This document shows positions 49,972-61,863 of a stretch of 64,000 nt of DNA, in pieces. The stretch's first letter is position 1. Every line of letters starts with the position of its first letter. A program made the translations under genes and the position numbers. Source of the stretch: Vicugna vicugna (taxonomy: Eukaryota); NCBI GenBank assembly GCA_013265495.1, contig MU058213.1, positions 5,289,149 through 5,353,148 of the forward strand, in the 5' to 3' direction. A model generated the notes under the pieces. It was not told the DNA's origin. It saw only the letters and a program-made list of their open reading frames with translations, and did not search any database.

Positions 49972-52504
49972 AAGATTACTATATCGAACAGACATGATCA
50001 TGACAAGAAAATTTTATAGACCTATTAGCATGAAGTTTTTGGACCTCTTCACCACCTACAAAGACATCCAAACCTCTTGTAACACCAGGACTCTGAAGGA
50101 ACTCAGCCATCTCTCCATGGCTTTAGTGAACACATTGCCCATGCACAGCACTGTGTTTCCCCCCAGGACTTCTATTTTCTGGATCCTCCATGAGAGCAAA
50201 GGCCCAGAGCAAAGGACCTGCAGGGAAGTGGTCCTCAAGAGGCCCCACAGCTCTTCTCTCTTGCTTTTCTGGCTCGGCAGCCCCCGTCCTCTGTTTTCTC
50301 TCTGCTTGGTTCTTGCTTATGGCTTTGCAAAGTCGCGCCCCACTGCAGGCCTGGGATGTCCAGGACTCAGTGTCCCGTGGAACTAAGAGCTGTCAGTGTG
50401 CTGACAGATGACTGACTAGGAGCCTCTGCTGGCCTCCAATGGCTTGTCTGCTGCAGCCAGGAAGGGATCCTCCACCCTCAGGCCCTCACACACTGGCTTT
50501 GGAATGAAGTGGTCCCTGTTGTTTGATTCCTGCATCTTTCAGATGAGGAAACAAGAGACCCACTCGCTTGCTCAGAGAATTCTGTCAGATGCTCTTTCTA
50601 CCACAGCAGAACATCAAACAGAACATCCACGGCCAACTCTACCTGCTTCTTTTATTTACTTATTATTTCTGTCCTGTACTCTGCCTTGCATGGATCTGTA
50701 CTTCTGCACGTGGGTGTTCTGTCACTTGAAGAATGTCCAAGGTTCTAAATCTGAGATGTGGAAGAGCCAAATACAAGGTCCCACATGGGTTTTTACCCTG
50801 TGCCTTCAACAGGGTGTCAAGGGGCTTGAGGTGAGAGAATACAGGTACGTGATGAGGACAAAAGCTGAGTTAACACTCACTTTAATCCTGAAAAAAATCT
50901 AACGAGATATGGGGATTGTTCTTATTTTACAGATGAGGAAATTAAGGCTTAGTGCGGTGGAGCTCCTGACCCACAGGGAAATGTGTGGTGAAGCTGGATT
51001 AGAATCCATCCTCTCTGGTTTCTCTTCACTCTTGCGCATGCTTTTGAACGTTTACCGCTGCCGCCCGTGACAAGCTACATTAGTTTGCTGTGTTTTGCAA
51101 ACTCACAAACGTGGCTTCATAGCTTGTATTTCTTCTACAATTTGAGATTTATCTACTTGGGGATGTGTAGGTGTAGGTAATTCATTTTAATTGTTGTGTA
51201 GTTGGGCAGGTTTATATATCCATTCCCCTCATGAACTGTTATGCTGTTTGCAGTTTGTCACAGTTATCAATGCTGCTGCTGTGAACATCCTGTACACATC
51301 TCCTGGTATATGTGTTCCTGAGTTCCTCTCGAGTACATGCTTGGAAGTGGGTTTGGTGGCCCTAGGATGTGTATCTTCACCTTTGTGTGCTTTGTAACAT
51401 TGTTCTCCAAAGCGGTTTCAAATTTACACTACCAGCAGCAACATGAGTTCCCATTTTCACACACTCACCAACCCTTGATACTATCCAACTCGTATATTTT
51501 GCTCATATGATATACAGGAAATTCACCAGCAATTTTAACGAATTCCTAGTGCAGTTGACCTTTTCATGTTTACCGAACCTTAGGATTGTCTCTTCTGGAA
51601 ATTGCCTCCTCATAGCCTCTGCATATTTTGGTTTGGTTTTGTTTTTCTGCTTTCTCTTATTGGTTATAGGATGTTGATATTTATTTAAAATCCAGACATT
51701 AAAGATATTTTGTGTTTTATAATTATAATTTAATATTTTGCTTTTCATATTTAAGTGTTTAAATTATTAGAATTTATGTTGGAATTTATGTTGGCGTCTG
51801 GTGTAAGTGTCTCTTTATCTGGAAGGATAGCTAATCGTTCCAGTACCATTTTTGACCTGTGTGTCCTGTCTCTACTGAGTGTGATGCCATCTCTATTATG
51901 CACTAGTTCACATTTAAATGTAGTTGTATATCTAGATTGTATTTAGTTCCATTGATCTCTCTGTCCAAATGCCACATATTTTTGTTATAATTGCTTTCTA
52001 AATAATTTTTGTTATCTGGTATGTTTCTTCCTTTGTTTTTGTTTTTTTTTTTCAATATTGTCTTGGCTATTTTTAGCCTATTATTCTTCCACATGAATTT
52101 TATGATCCATTTATCAAGTTCCATAAATACCCTGTAGAGATTTTTAACTGGAATTGCATTGAATTTATAGTATCCTGGATAGAATTGACATTTTAAAATA
52201 CTGAGTCTTCTCACCCATGAAGAGTTTTTCATTCATACGTTTGCTTTTTATACTTCTTTCCAAAGTTTTGTAATTTACTTGGCATCAGTCATATGTATTT
52301 TTGTTTGACATACTTCTAGCTATCTTATGGTTATTATCACTATTGTGAATAGTACCTTTTTAAAATTATACTTTCTAATTGGTTATTACTAGGGTTTAGG
52401 AACAATACTGATTTTTGTCATATTGATCTTGCATTCAGGAAACTTGGTAATTATCTTATTAATTCAAGTAAGTTTATAGATTATCTTGGATATTCTGTAT
52501 AGAT

Positions 52505-52710
52505 CAAGGCTGTCAAATCTGATGGCCACTAGCCATATGTGGCTACTTAAGTTAAAGTTAAACTTAAATAAAATAATAATTTAGTTCCTCAGTCTTCCTA
52601 GTTCCATTTCACACGCTCAAGAGCCACATTATGACTATTGATTACTGTACTGGACAGCACATAAACAGAGCTTTTCTCTCATTGAAAAATGTTCTACTGG
52701 ATTGTGCTGA
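52505..52710. mobile_element. MER3/MER33-like hAT-Charlie element nested in L1
   Basis: gccactagccatatgtggctact..ttagttcctcagtc..tactggacagcac..aatgttctactggattgtgctg. Confidence 0.75.
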
Positions 52711-53603
52711 CAGAGATAATTTTTTCTTTCCAGTCCTTAAACATTTAATTTCTTCTTATTGTCTTATTATAGTAGTTAAAACCTCTCGTACAGTGTTGTT
52801 AGAAGCTATAATGGAGGCATTCTTGTTCTATTCCCAACTTTTTAAAATCTGCTTCTCACACTTTATCATTAAACATGATAGTTTCTAGAGGTTTTTTGGT
52901 AGACATTCTTGACTTGAGAAAGGAAATTCCTGTCTATTCCTCATTTACTAAAAGTCTCATTAGGAATGATTGTTGAATTAAAAACAAAATCTTTCTACAT
53001 CTATTGAGATGAGCATATGGGTTTTTTAAAAAATCTGTTGATAAAGAAAATTATATTGATAAATATTTTTAGTATTAAATCATCTTTACACTCCTGAGAT
53101 TAATTCCCACCTAATCATCCAGCATTTAGTTTGCAATGTTTTATTAAGTTGCAATTTTTATTATGTTGTCTTTACCTAGTTTTATTACCAAGGTTATATT
53201 AGCTTCTTGAAATGAATTGGAATTATTTTTCCTCTTTTTATATTTTCTGGAACATTTTGTATAAAATAAGGATTATGTATTCCTTGAAGATTACTTAGCT
53301 TGTGAATTGAAAAAGAGAGAGAGACATGTCTGAGAGAAAATTTCTCTAAAACTGTGTCTAATTTAGATTTTCTATTCTTAATTCCATTTTTGGCAGTTTG
53401 GTTCCTCTCTTCCAGCCCCTCCCCTACCCCATCCCACCAGGGAACTGTACTTCATTTCTGTTTTCAAATGTAGTTTTTCAAAATTGTTAATACTTTCAAA
53501 ATTAATATAGTGAAAGTAATCATTTTGAAATGATTTTTCATAGCATTTGCTTATGACTTTTAAAAATCTCTGCTGTACCTATGATGATGTCCTTTGTTTA
53601 ATT

Positions 53604-53857
53604 CTTTTTTTACATATAAATTTTTGTTATTGAGTTATAGTCATTTCACAATGTTGTGTCAAATTCCAGTGTAGAGCACAATTTTTCAGTTATACACGAA
53701 CATATGTATATTCATTTTCTCATTTTTTTTCGCTGTGAGCCATCACAAGATCCTGTATATATTTCCCTGCACTACACAGTACAATCTTGTTTATCTATTC
53801 TACATTTTGAAATCCCAGTCCCTTCCCACCCCACCCCAACCGCAGTCCCCCTGGCAA
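53604..53857 (-). mobile_element. Young camelid-type L1 3' end with a perfect 12-bp TSD
   Basis: TSD CTTTGTTTAATT at 53592-53603 and 53858-53869; the body caaattccagtgtagagcacaatttttcagttatac resembles camelid L1 3' UTRs as I recall them. Confidence 0.85.
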
Positions 53858-56800
53858 CTTTGTTTAATTTTTAATGTGGTTTCCTTGTTTCCCACTTAGC
53901 AGTTTCTGCTTTGACCTTTCTTATGTTTTCCTATGGAGCTGATTAGCTTTCTTTGGTTCTCCCCTTTCTCCTCTGCTTGCTCTCTCTATTCTTTAAGCAT
54001 TCACCTTTAAATTAAAAAAAAAAAAAAGTATTCTTGCATTAACAAAGTTTAAAGTGAATCAACATCTCTTTCCTTCTGAACAACACAAAAACCTTCTAAA
54101 AATCTACCAATCCTCCTTATGCCATTATTATCTAAAATCCTACCCTCATTATTCTCATTATTGGTGTTTTTAAGAGTGAACACTTACTTAAATTTACTGT
54201 CATTTACCAGCTTATTTGCTAATCATTGCTGCATTCATCTGTTACTTTCTTTCAGGTGTAATCTCTTTGGGTAGTAAAACTTTCTTTAGGACATTTTTCA
54301 CGAAGGGTGTGTGAGGGATACATTTTCTCAGTCTTTCTTTGCCTGTGTCTTTCAAAGTTCAGTGATGAATTAGCTGACAGATTTTAGGTTGATGACTGGT
54401 TTTGCTTAGCATTTTGCAGGTGTCATCCCAGTGTCTCTACTGTTGCTGTTGACAAGTCTGTTGTTGGTCTAATTTTTGTCCTTAATAATCTGCATTTCTC
54501 TGGCTACTACTATGAGTTTCTATCTCTTTTTTCCTCTGAGATTTCACTAAACTATGACTTGAGTGAATTTATTTTCTTTGTAGTACTCAGGATTCATTGT
54601 TCATCTTTAATTTAAAGATTTGCAATTTTCAGCAATTCTGAAAAATTCTCAGCTTTATCACCTTACCTCTCCACCAGATTCTCTATTTTCTTCTTTTAGA
54701 ACTCCTATTATATTATATTTGTATATATGCTCGATCCCAATCTCTCCACGTTGAATTTTGTGTCACGTTCTCAAATCTGTCTTTTGATTCACTAATTCCC
54801 TATTCAGTTATCTCTAGTCTCTTGTTTAATACATTCATTAAGTCCTCAGTTACATCAACATGTTTTCATTTCTAGAAGTTCTGTTTGGTTCTTGTCCTTA
54901 CCTGCCTTTCTTTTCCCTTCCCTTGCTTTTTCAATCCGTTTAACTCACTAAAGCCTAATATGTTTATGGTATTTTAGTTCCATCATCTCGAATTTTGGAG
55001 GAGCTACTCATCCTGCTTATTTTATCTACTGACTCATTCACAAAGGATCATTTCCATGAGTGTTTTGTGAATTTGCATTGTAAACCCTGCAGGAAGGCTT
55101 ATTATTCAGTGCGGAAACTCCACATGGCCACCCCTGGGGAGTCGCTTTTCTTCTAGAACAGGTTTGCACTTGCTTCTGCCAGGTCGCCCCGTACATCACC
55201 CACCAGCAACGGTTACTGTGAAGTGGAGAGCTGAATAAAGCCTGATGAACGTGGGTGCCGTGGTGAGGGGCACTCACTCTAAAGAACCACTCTCTGCTTC
55301 CTTTCTCCCACGTGGGATGCATGACCATGAGTGACTAGGAAACCCCATGCCTTCTCCAAATGAGGCTGGTTCTCTCAAGTCCTTAGAGCCTGAGTCAGTA
55401 TCAGCTGAAGAAGGATTTTCCCGCAGGCTTCCCCTTATCAGCAATGAGCCTGAAGGGCCAGACTAACTCCGGAAATTTCAGAGTTCCAAAGGGCCTGGGG
55501 AGAAAAGTCTGTTCCAAGTCACTGATCTGAGGGCTGCAGACTCACAAAGCCAAATTTAATTCTGCCAAACGTAGCCCTGCTTGTGATCTCTGAGTTTTAA
55601 TTTTGACCCGGAAAACTTGCTATTTTAATTACTTTCAAAGGGGAAGTACTTTTGTTTTCTCCTTTCCAGAAGTGGGGTTGGTTAGTTTTTCTTTAGTGAC
55701 AAAGTTTGTTGCAACATGTTCTCATTACTTATTAAGAAAGGAGAACACGGGACGAGAGCAGAAGTTGGCTCCTCCTTACTCATCAGCCTTGTGATGTACA
55801 TTCGGCATAAAGTGAAGGATGTGAGGAAGGGAAGCCTCAGAGAAGTGAGAGAACCACCCACCATCCAAATGCTAAAAGAGCCCTGCAGTGACTCCATGCG
55901 TCTAGTGGGCACCTTATTTCATGTCTGAGGTAGGACTGCTGCCCTCACTGACCCTGCCAAGCAAAGCAAATTCTTTAAGAGAAAACATGCCGGCAGAATG
56001 TTCACCACCAGCCTTCTCGACCATCTTGATAGACTGGCTGACATGTTCTAAGGTACAGGCCTGGGATGGTCAGTAATGACCAAAAAGGACCTGAGGGCTT
56101 AGTCCCTCCCATCCTCGAATCAGCCCACATGGCTTAGATTCTGAAAATTTCGTAGAAGGAAACCTCTCCCCAAAACCTGAGCCTCTATCAACCAGTGATT
56201 GGTTAAGGAAATCGGGGTGCATCTCCACAATGGACTTGTGCATCCATTAAAGATAATAAGGCCAATCTTTGTATGCTGATGTAGAAATAATCACTAAGCT
56301 ATTCAAATGAAAAAGCAGGCAGAAAATTGCATGTATAAAATACTCCCATCTGCAAAAATACACACACACACGTGTATTTTTTAACAGAATATACCAGAAA
56401 GTATTGATAGTAATTACTTATGGAAAATAAAAAATAAAATCTGGGGTGGGAAGGACACAAATTCTTACATTTTATCATATACATCCTTTGTAACTGAAAA
56501 TTCTTTACATGTTCATGCATATTTTCTTCACCCCGCTGAGCTCACTCAGTGGAATGTGTCCCTTCCGAGTGTTTTAGGGAGTTGCTCGAAATGTGTTCTG
56601 AAGAACACTAGTTTCACGAATTGCAAACAAGAATTATGTGAAAGAAAATATGCTGTCCTTCCCAAATATGCTTTGGAAACACTACATTAAAATAAGTTAA
56701 GCAGTTTTCTCAACTACAGGAATTATCAGAGCCTTTATTCTTCACTGTAAATCTCTAAAAGGAGACTAAATTATATAGTTGTCCCACAAATCCCTTTTTT

Positions 56801-57589
56801 TGAGGAGTACCTCATGGAACTCCTATACTTTGGGAACTGCAGGCTCTGGAATGAATGTAAGAAACAAATCAGTGCCCCAAACTCCCCCATCTTCAAGGAT
56901 CTTCCAGATTTGAGAGTGATCTGAGGTCCACCTGACATGGCTGGGCCACTCTGAATACAGAGAGAACTGTCCTCACCAACCCCTCATCCACACCCAGCAC
57001 ACTCAGCCCCACGGTCATCCTAATATGAACACGCCCACCTTAGTAAATAATTAATTAGTTTCTTATTCTGGCCCTGGGATCATGATCAAGCTCTTGTCCC
57101 AGCTACCATTGTTTTGGATGAGTTGAGGGATGTGAGTACCTGGTGCAGGTCAGAAAAGGAGAGTACTGTTCTTTCCAGCCTAGTGGAAATAGTACTGTTT
57201 AGTCACCTCTCATTTCTGAGGCCTGCGTTGGCACCTGGTATGCTTTTTCACTTGGAGAGCAGTGCTGTTGGCCATTTGCCCATTCACCTGGTTCTCAAAT
57301 CTCAGATGCCTCTCTTTTTATGAGTCTGCTTTAACATCATCTCTTTTGAAGTACAGCTGGTTCTCGAGAGGAGATGGATCACGTCCTGATGTTATCTCAG
57401 GCCACATGCCGCCTGATGCTTCATTTTTAACCAGAGTGTCCAGGTTTCAGTCTTGGTTCTTTGGGAGTATTTTTGTTATGACTGAGAAAGTTTTATTTTC
57501 CAATTTTGAAAGTAACTGACTGGAAAGCCATGCATAAATAGGCATTCTGTTCCAATAAAGAAACCACGTGGCCACACCGAGACAGTAGC

Positions 57590-58000
57590 AGTAGTCACAG
57601 GAGAAGCACAGGACCAGGAATCAGGGAACCTGGCTCCAGATTCAGAATCTGCCACTTATTAGCTGTATGATTTTTTTGTTAAGCCATCCAGTCTTTCACT
57701 TTTTAAATGGGGATTAGGTGTCAGGAAGAATGACGGAAGTAACACATGTGAGAGTGCCTGGTCTGTGGGACACACGCTGTAATTACCTGCTCAGTCAACC
57801 ACCCAGCAGTCAAAATTATGTGCAATCTGACCTGGGCCTTATCACATGCTACTGCCCATGTGAATGTGAGGAACTCTACTGACCTCTCAGCCTCTCTCAG
57901 AGGACCTGACTCGGGGTCGCTGTGAGGATTCCTGGGCTAATGTCTGGAAAGGGCTCAGCTCAGAGACAGCACTTGACATTGTTGTTGCTATTACTATTAT
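57590..58000 (+). mobile_element. Two adjacent MIR fragments
   Basis: tctgccacttattagctgtatga..taaatggggatta and gtcgctgtgaggatt..tctggaaagggctcagc..tgttgctattactattat. Confidence 0.65.
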
Positions 58001-59214
58001 CAGCACGTGTTCCAATGGTCAAAGTCGCACGGGCTAAGTAGGTTTGTAGACAGGTGGAGTAGGATGTGGGACTTGTGGCTGCACACACCTGTAGCACCGG
58101 CCGGAGGGCCACAGTCTGCAGAGACCCGTGTACTGACAGACCGGGGTTTGTTCTCCTTCCTCCCCAGTTACAAAAAACAAAATGCTTACAGGGGGAGGAG
58201 AGCCTCTAGCAAGTCCCCAGATGACTTTCTTCTCAAGACTGGGACTGCGTTTTGTGGTCTCCCTATTCCTACCTCCTTTGACGAAGTTTTGCCCTTTGTT
58301 AGCCCTTCATTCGAAGGCAGCCAGAGAGCCTTCCTCCAGGAACTGGGAGGCTGTCGTGCATCTCAGTCCAGGTGTGTTATCATAACCTCAGTATTTGTGG
58401 GGCCAGGAAGTCACTGGCACCAAAATCTAAAAGGATTTCTCTTCCCAGGACTTAAGATGGGGGTCAATGGCCCCAAAACTAACTAAGATCAGGCAGGTAA
58501 AATATCTGAGTGAAGAAGGCGTGGTGGGGTTAGGGAGGAAGTGGACAGTGTACGCCCTGTCTTAGGGGGCGTCTGCCGCACAGATTCTCTCCACTGTGGC
58601 TGAGCAGGACTGGGGTAAAGCTTTATCAGAGTTTCCAGTTCTTCAAGAATGGACAGAAATCCAGAGTTCCATGTATAACTTTCCTATTTTTAAATACTGA
58701 CAACAATTTCTAAAATTAAAAAAAAAAAATCACCATGTGGGCCAAACAAACCATATCTTTGAGGCCATCCTATTTACAGGCTGTCCCCAGCCATGGACCA
58801 CCAGTGTGTGACTCTGCCCTGAAGGTGTCCTTAACCATATTCTACAAAGACAAAATATTCTCATCAAAAAAGAGAGACTGTGATGGTCCGAGCCTTCTAT
58901 TTGATATCTTCTGTTTCCAGGAGGCCTGGCTATTAGAAATCTAACTCCTACATGCCAGATTGCAGCCGTTCTCTTTTCTCACCTGGCAAAAGTGGTTGAG
59001 GCAATAGTGTGAACACCATTTTATTTCTGGCAATATCAGAAGAGAAATCTTGATCTCATATCATCTCAATCAAGTCCCTCTTGAGGTCAATCTCTTATAC
59101 ACTCATATGCATATATTAACATATTTCAGATTTAATAGTATTATGTCCAGTGATTCAGTAAATTTGGATACTAATGAAATAATTCAAGAATTTGGGGAGA
59201 CTTAAATGTCAAAA

Positions 59215-59870
59215 CAGACTTACCATAGGATTCAGCAATCCCACTCCTGGGCATATATCTGGAGGGAACACTAATTCAAAAAGATACATGCACCCCAATG
59301 TTCACAGCAGCACTATATACAATAGCCAAGACATGGAAATAATCTAAATGTCCATCAACAGATGATTGAATAAAGAAGTTTTGGTATATTTTTACAATGG
59401 AATACTACTCAGCTATAAAAAAGGGACAATGTCATTTGCAGCAACATGGATGGACCTGGAGATTGTCATTTATAAGTGAAGCCAGAAACAGACAGAAAAA
59501 TACCATATGATGTCACTCATATGTGGACTCTAAAAAAAAAAAGACACAAATGAACTTACTTATAAAATAGAAACAGACTCACAGACATAGAAAACAAACT
59601 TGTGGTTACCAGTGGGTAAAGGGGGTGGGAAGAAATAAATTGGAGGTTCTAGATTTGCAGATACTAACTATTATATATAAAATAGATAAGCAATAAGTTT
59701 TTACTATATAGCACAGGGAATGATATTCAATATCTTACAGTAACCTATAATGAAAAAGAATATGAAAAGGAATATTTATATATGTATATGTATGACTAAA
59801 ACATTATGCTGTACACCAGAAATTGACACAACATTGTAAACTGACTATACTTCAAATTGAAAAAAAAAAA
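59215..59870 (+). mobile_element. 5'-truncated cetartiodactyl/camelid-type L1 3' end with poly-A
   Basis: ttcagcaatcccactcctgggcatatatctggag..ctgactatacttcaaattgaaaaaaaaaa. Confidence 0.92.
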
Positions 59871-60850
59871 GAAAAATGGGCATAGAACTTGAACATTTTT
59901 CCAAAGAAAACAGTCAAATGGTCAGCAGACACATGAAAAGATGTTCAACAACAAGAATTGTCAGGGAAATGCAAATCAAAACCACAATGAGATGTCACCT
60001 CACATCTGTCAGAATGCTATCATCAAATAAGCAATAACAAGTGTTGGTAGGGATGTGGAGAAAAGGGAACCCTTGTGCACTGTTGGTGGGAATGTAAATT
60101 TGTGCAGCCACTATGGAAAACAATATGGAGGTTTGTCAAAAAAATAAAAATTGAAGTTCATGTAATTCAACAATTCCACTCCTGGGAATTTATTTGAAGA
60201 AAACAAAAACACTAATTTGAAAAGTTATATGCACCCCTATGTTCACTGCAGCATTATTTATAATAGCCAAGATATGCAAGCAATACAAGAGTCCATCAAC
60301 AGATGAATGGAGAAAGAAAATGTGTGTGTGTGTGTGTGTGTGTATACACACACACAATGGAATATTACTCAGCTATAAAGAAGAGTAAAATCTCATCATT
60401 TGTGATGACATGAATGAACCTAGAGGGTATTATGCTAAGTGAAATAAGTCAGACAGAGAAAGACAAAACTGTATGATTTCACTTATATGTGGAATCTCAA
60501 ATTAAAATAAATAAACAAACGTAACAAAACAGAAACAGACTCATAGATATAGAGAACAAACAGGTGGTTGCCAAAGTGTGTGTGTGGGAGGTGGGTGGAG
60601 GGATGAGTGAAATTGATGAGGGAGATTAAGAGGGACAAACTTCCAGTTACAAAACACGTGAGTCACTGGGACAGCATGGAAAACATAGTAATATTGTAAT
60701 AAGTTTGAACCATGACAGATGCTAACTAGACTTGGGGTGATCATTTTGTAATGTATAAAAATAATGAATCACTGTGTTGTGCACCTGGAACTAACATGCT
60801 ATTGTCGGTTAATCATACCTCAATAAATAAATATGTCATTTTTAAAAATT
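59871..60850 (+). mobile_element. Older L1MA-like ORF2 C-terminus and 3' UTR with a (TG)n(CA)n tract
   Basis: gatgtggagaaaagggaacccttgtgcactgttggtgggaatgtaa motif; 3' UTR caaacttccagttacaaa..tgtgttgtgcacctggaactaac. Confidence 0.9.
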
Positions 60851-61049
60851 ACTGGGGAGAAATAACCCAAAATATTTATCATGTCCGTTTGCGGGTAAAG
60901 GCATTGTGTTTTATTATTTTCTTTATATTTTTATGTATTCTTTATATTCTCTCTAAGGAGCCTGTACAGGATTTTTAGTCTTAACAAACATTTTTAAAGG
61001 CTCAAAAAAAAATAATAAGGGAGGATTGTGCCCATTCCTGGGCTCTGTG

Positions 61050-61390
61050 TTTTAAGAGGAATGCTGACAACCTAGAGCTTATCCAAGTGAGACTCACTGG
61101 GAATCTGAGGAGCCCCAGGGGTTAGAGATGAAGGGACAGAAACGAACTTAGGGAGGACTCTTTGCTCCCTCCACTTACTGGAATGCCTGGTGTGTGAAAC
61201 AGGCTTCTTCTCTGTGGTCCCAAGAGTAAGCCAGGAGTTAATGGACAGAAGTTAGGATGGAAAGAAGATTCCAGCTTCAGATAAGAAAGGACTCCTCAAC
61301 CACTGGAACACCAAAACTATACAGAACAAGCTGCCTGATGTGGTAATGAGCTCCCTATTCCTAAAGGTGACCAACACAGGCCAGGTTAAT
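61050..61390 (+). mobile_element. L3/CR1 LINE 3' fragment
   Basis: gaacaagctgcctgatgtggtaatgagctccctattcctaaaggtg..aacacaggc, CR1-type tail. Confidence 0.6.
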
Positions 61391-61466
61391 GCCCATTTGG
61401 ATGTTGTAGTTTGTCTGCTACTGAGTTCGGAACAATGTAGTGCCAAGGCTGCAAGGTGGCATGATG

Positions 61467-61502
61467 CAGAGTCCAGAGTGCTAACCATTACACCATGGAA
61501 CC
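61467..61502 (-). pseudogene. Tailless retropseudogene of the tRNA-Gln(CTG) 5' half
   Basis: Minus strand GGTTCCATGGTGTAATGGTTAGCACTCTGGACTCTG matches nt 1-36 of mammalian tRNA-Gln-CTG. No T-arm or poly-A. 17-bp TSD AAGGT(G/A)GCATGATGCAG at 61453-61469 and 61509-61525. Confidence 0.93.
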
Positions 61503-61544
61503 TCTCTTAAGGTAGCATGATGCAGGGTTTAGGAATGCAGGCTC

Positions 61545-61863
61545 TGGAGGCCACACAGTGCTCACCCTGGGAACCCAGCCAAGCCACACAGAGAGGCCAT
61601 TTGTAGGTGTGTTGGCCAACGCCCCATCTGAGGCATCAGCTAACAGCTGGCATCAGTCACTAGACATGTGATTGTGTGAGCCTTCAGATAATCCCAGTCC
61701 TCCAACTTTTAAACCATCATATTTGATACTAAATGGAGCAGAGATAAGATGCTCTACCAAGCCTTGCCCACATGACAGATTCACAAGCAAAATAAATGTT
61801 ACCATTTTAAACCATTTTTAAGTTGGAGGGGAGTTATTTATGTAGCACTGAATAACTGGAACA
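61545..61863 (+). mobile_element. MLT1G/H-like MaLR LTR, 3' part
   Basis: ctcaccctgggaacccagccaagccacacagagaggcc..gcaaaataaatg..ttatgtagcactgaataactggaaca. Confidence 0.8.

Larger units (their letters stand above)
51040..54960 (-). mobile_element. Long decayed antisense L1M in AQP9 intron 1, with nested insertions
   Basis: ORF 51903..52232 has L1 ORF2 motifs (YKFNAIPVK...FMELDK.I.KFMWK...IAKTILKKKNK); T-rich strand bias. Confidence 0.8.

Noticed and set aside
49994..58486. Intronic ORFs of 130-159 aa (49994..50386, 50444..50902, 58007..58486)
   Set aside because: No recognisable protein similarity, some with non-ATG starts or overlapping repeat relics; lengths are compatible with chance.
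61467..61502. Functional tRNA-Gln gene
   Set aside because: Only the 5' 36 nt are present: no B-box/T-arm, no 3' acceptor strand and no oligo-T terminator.
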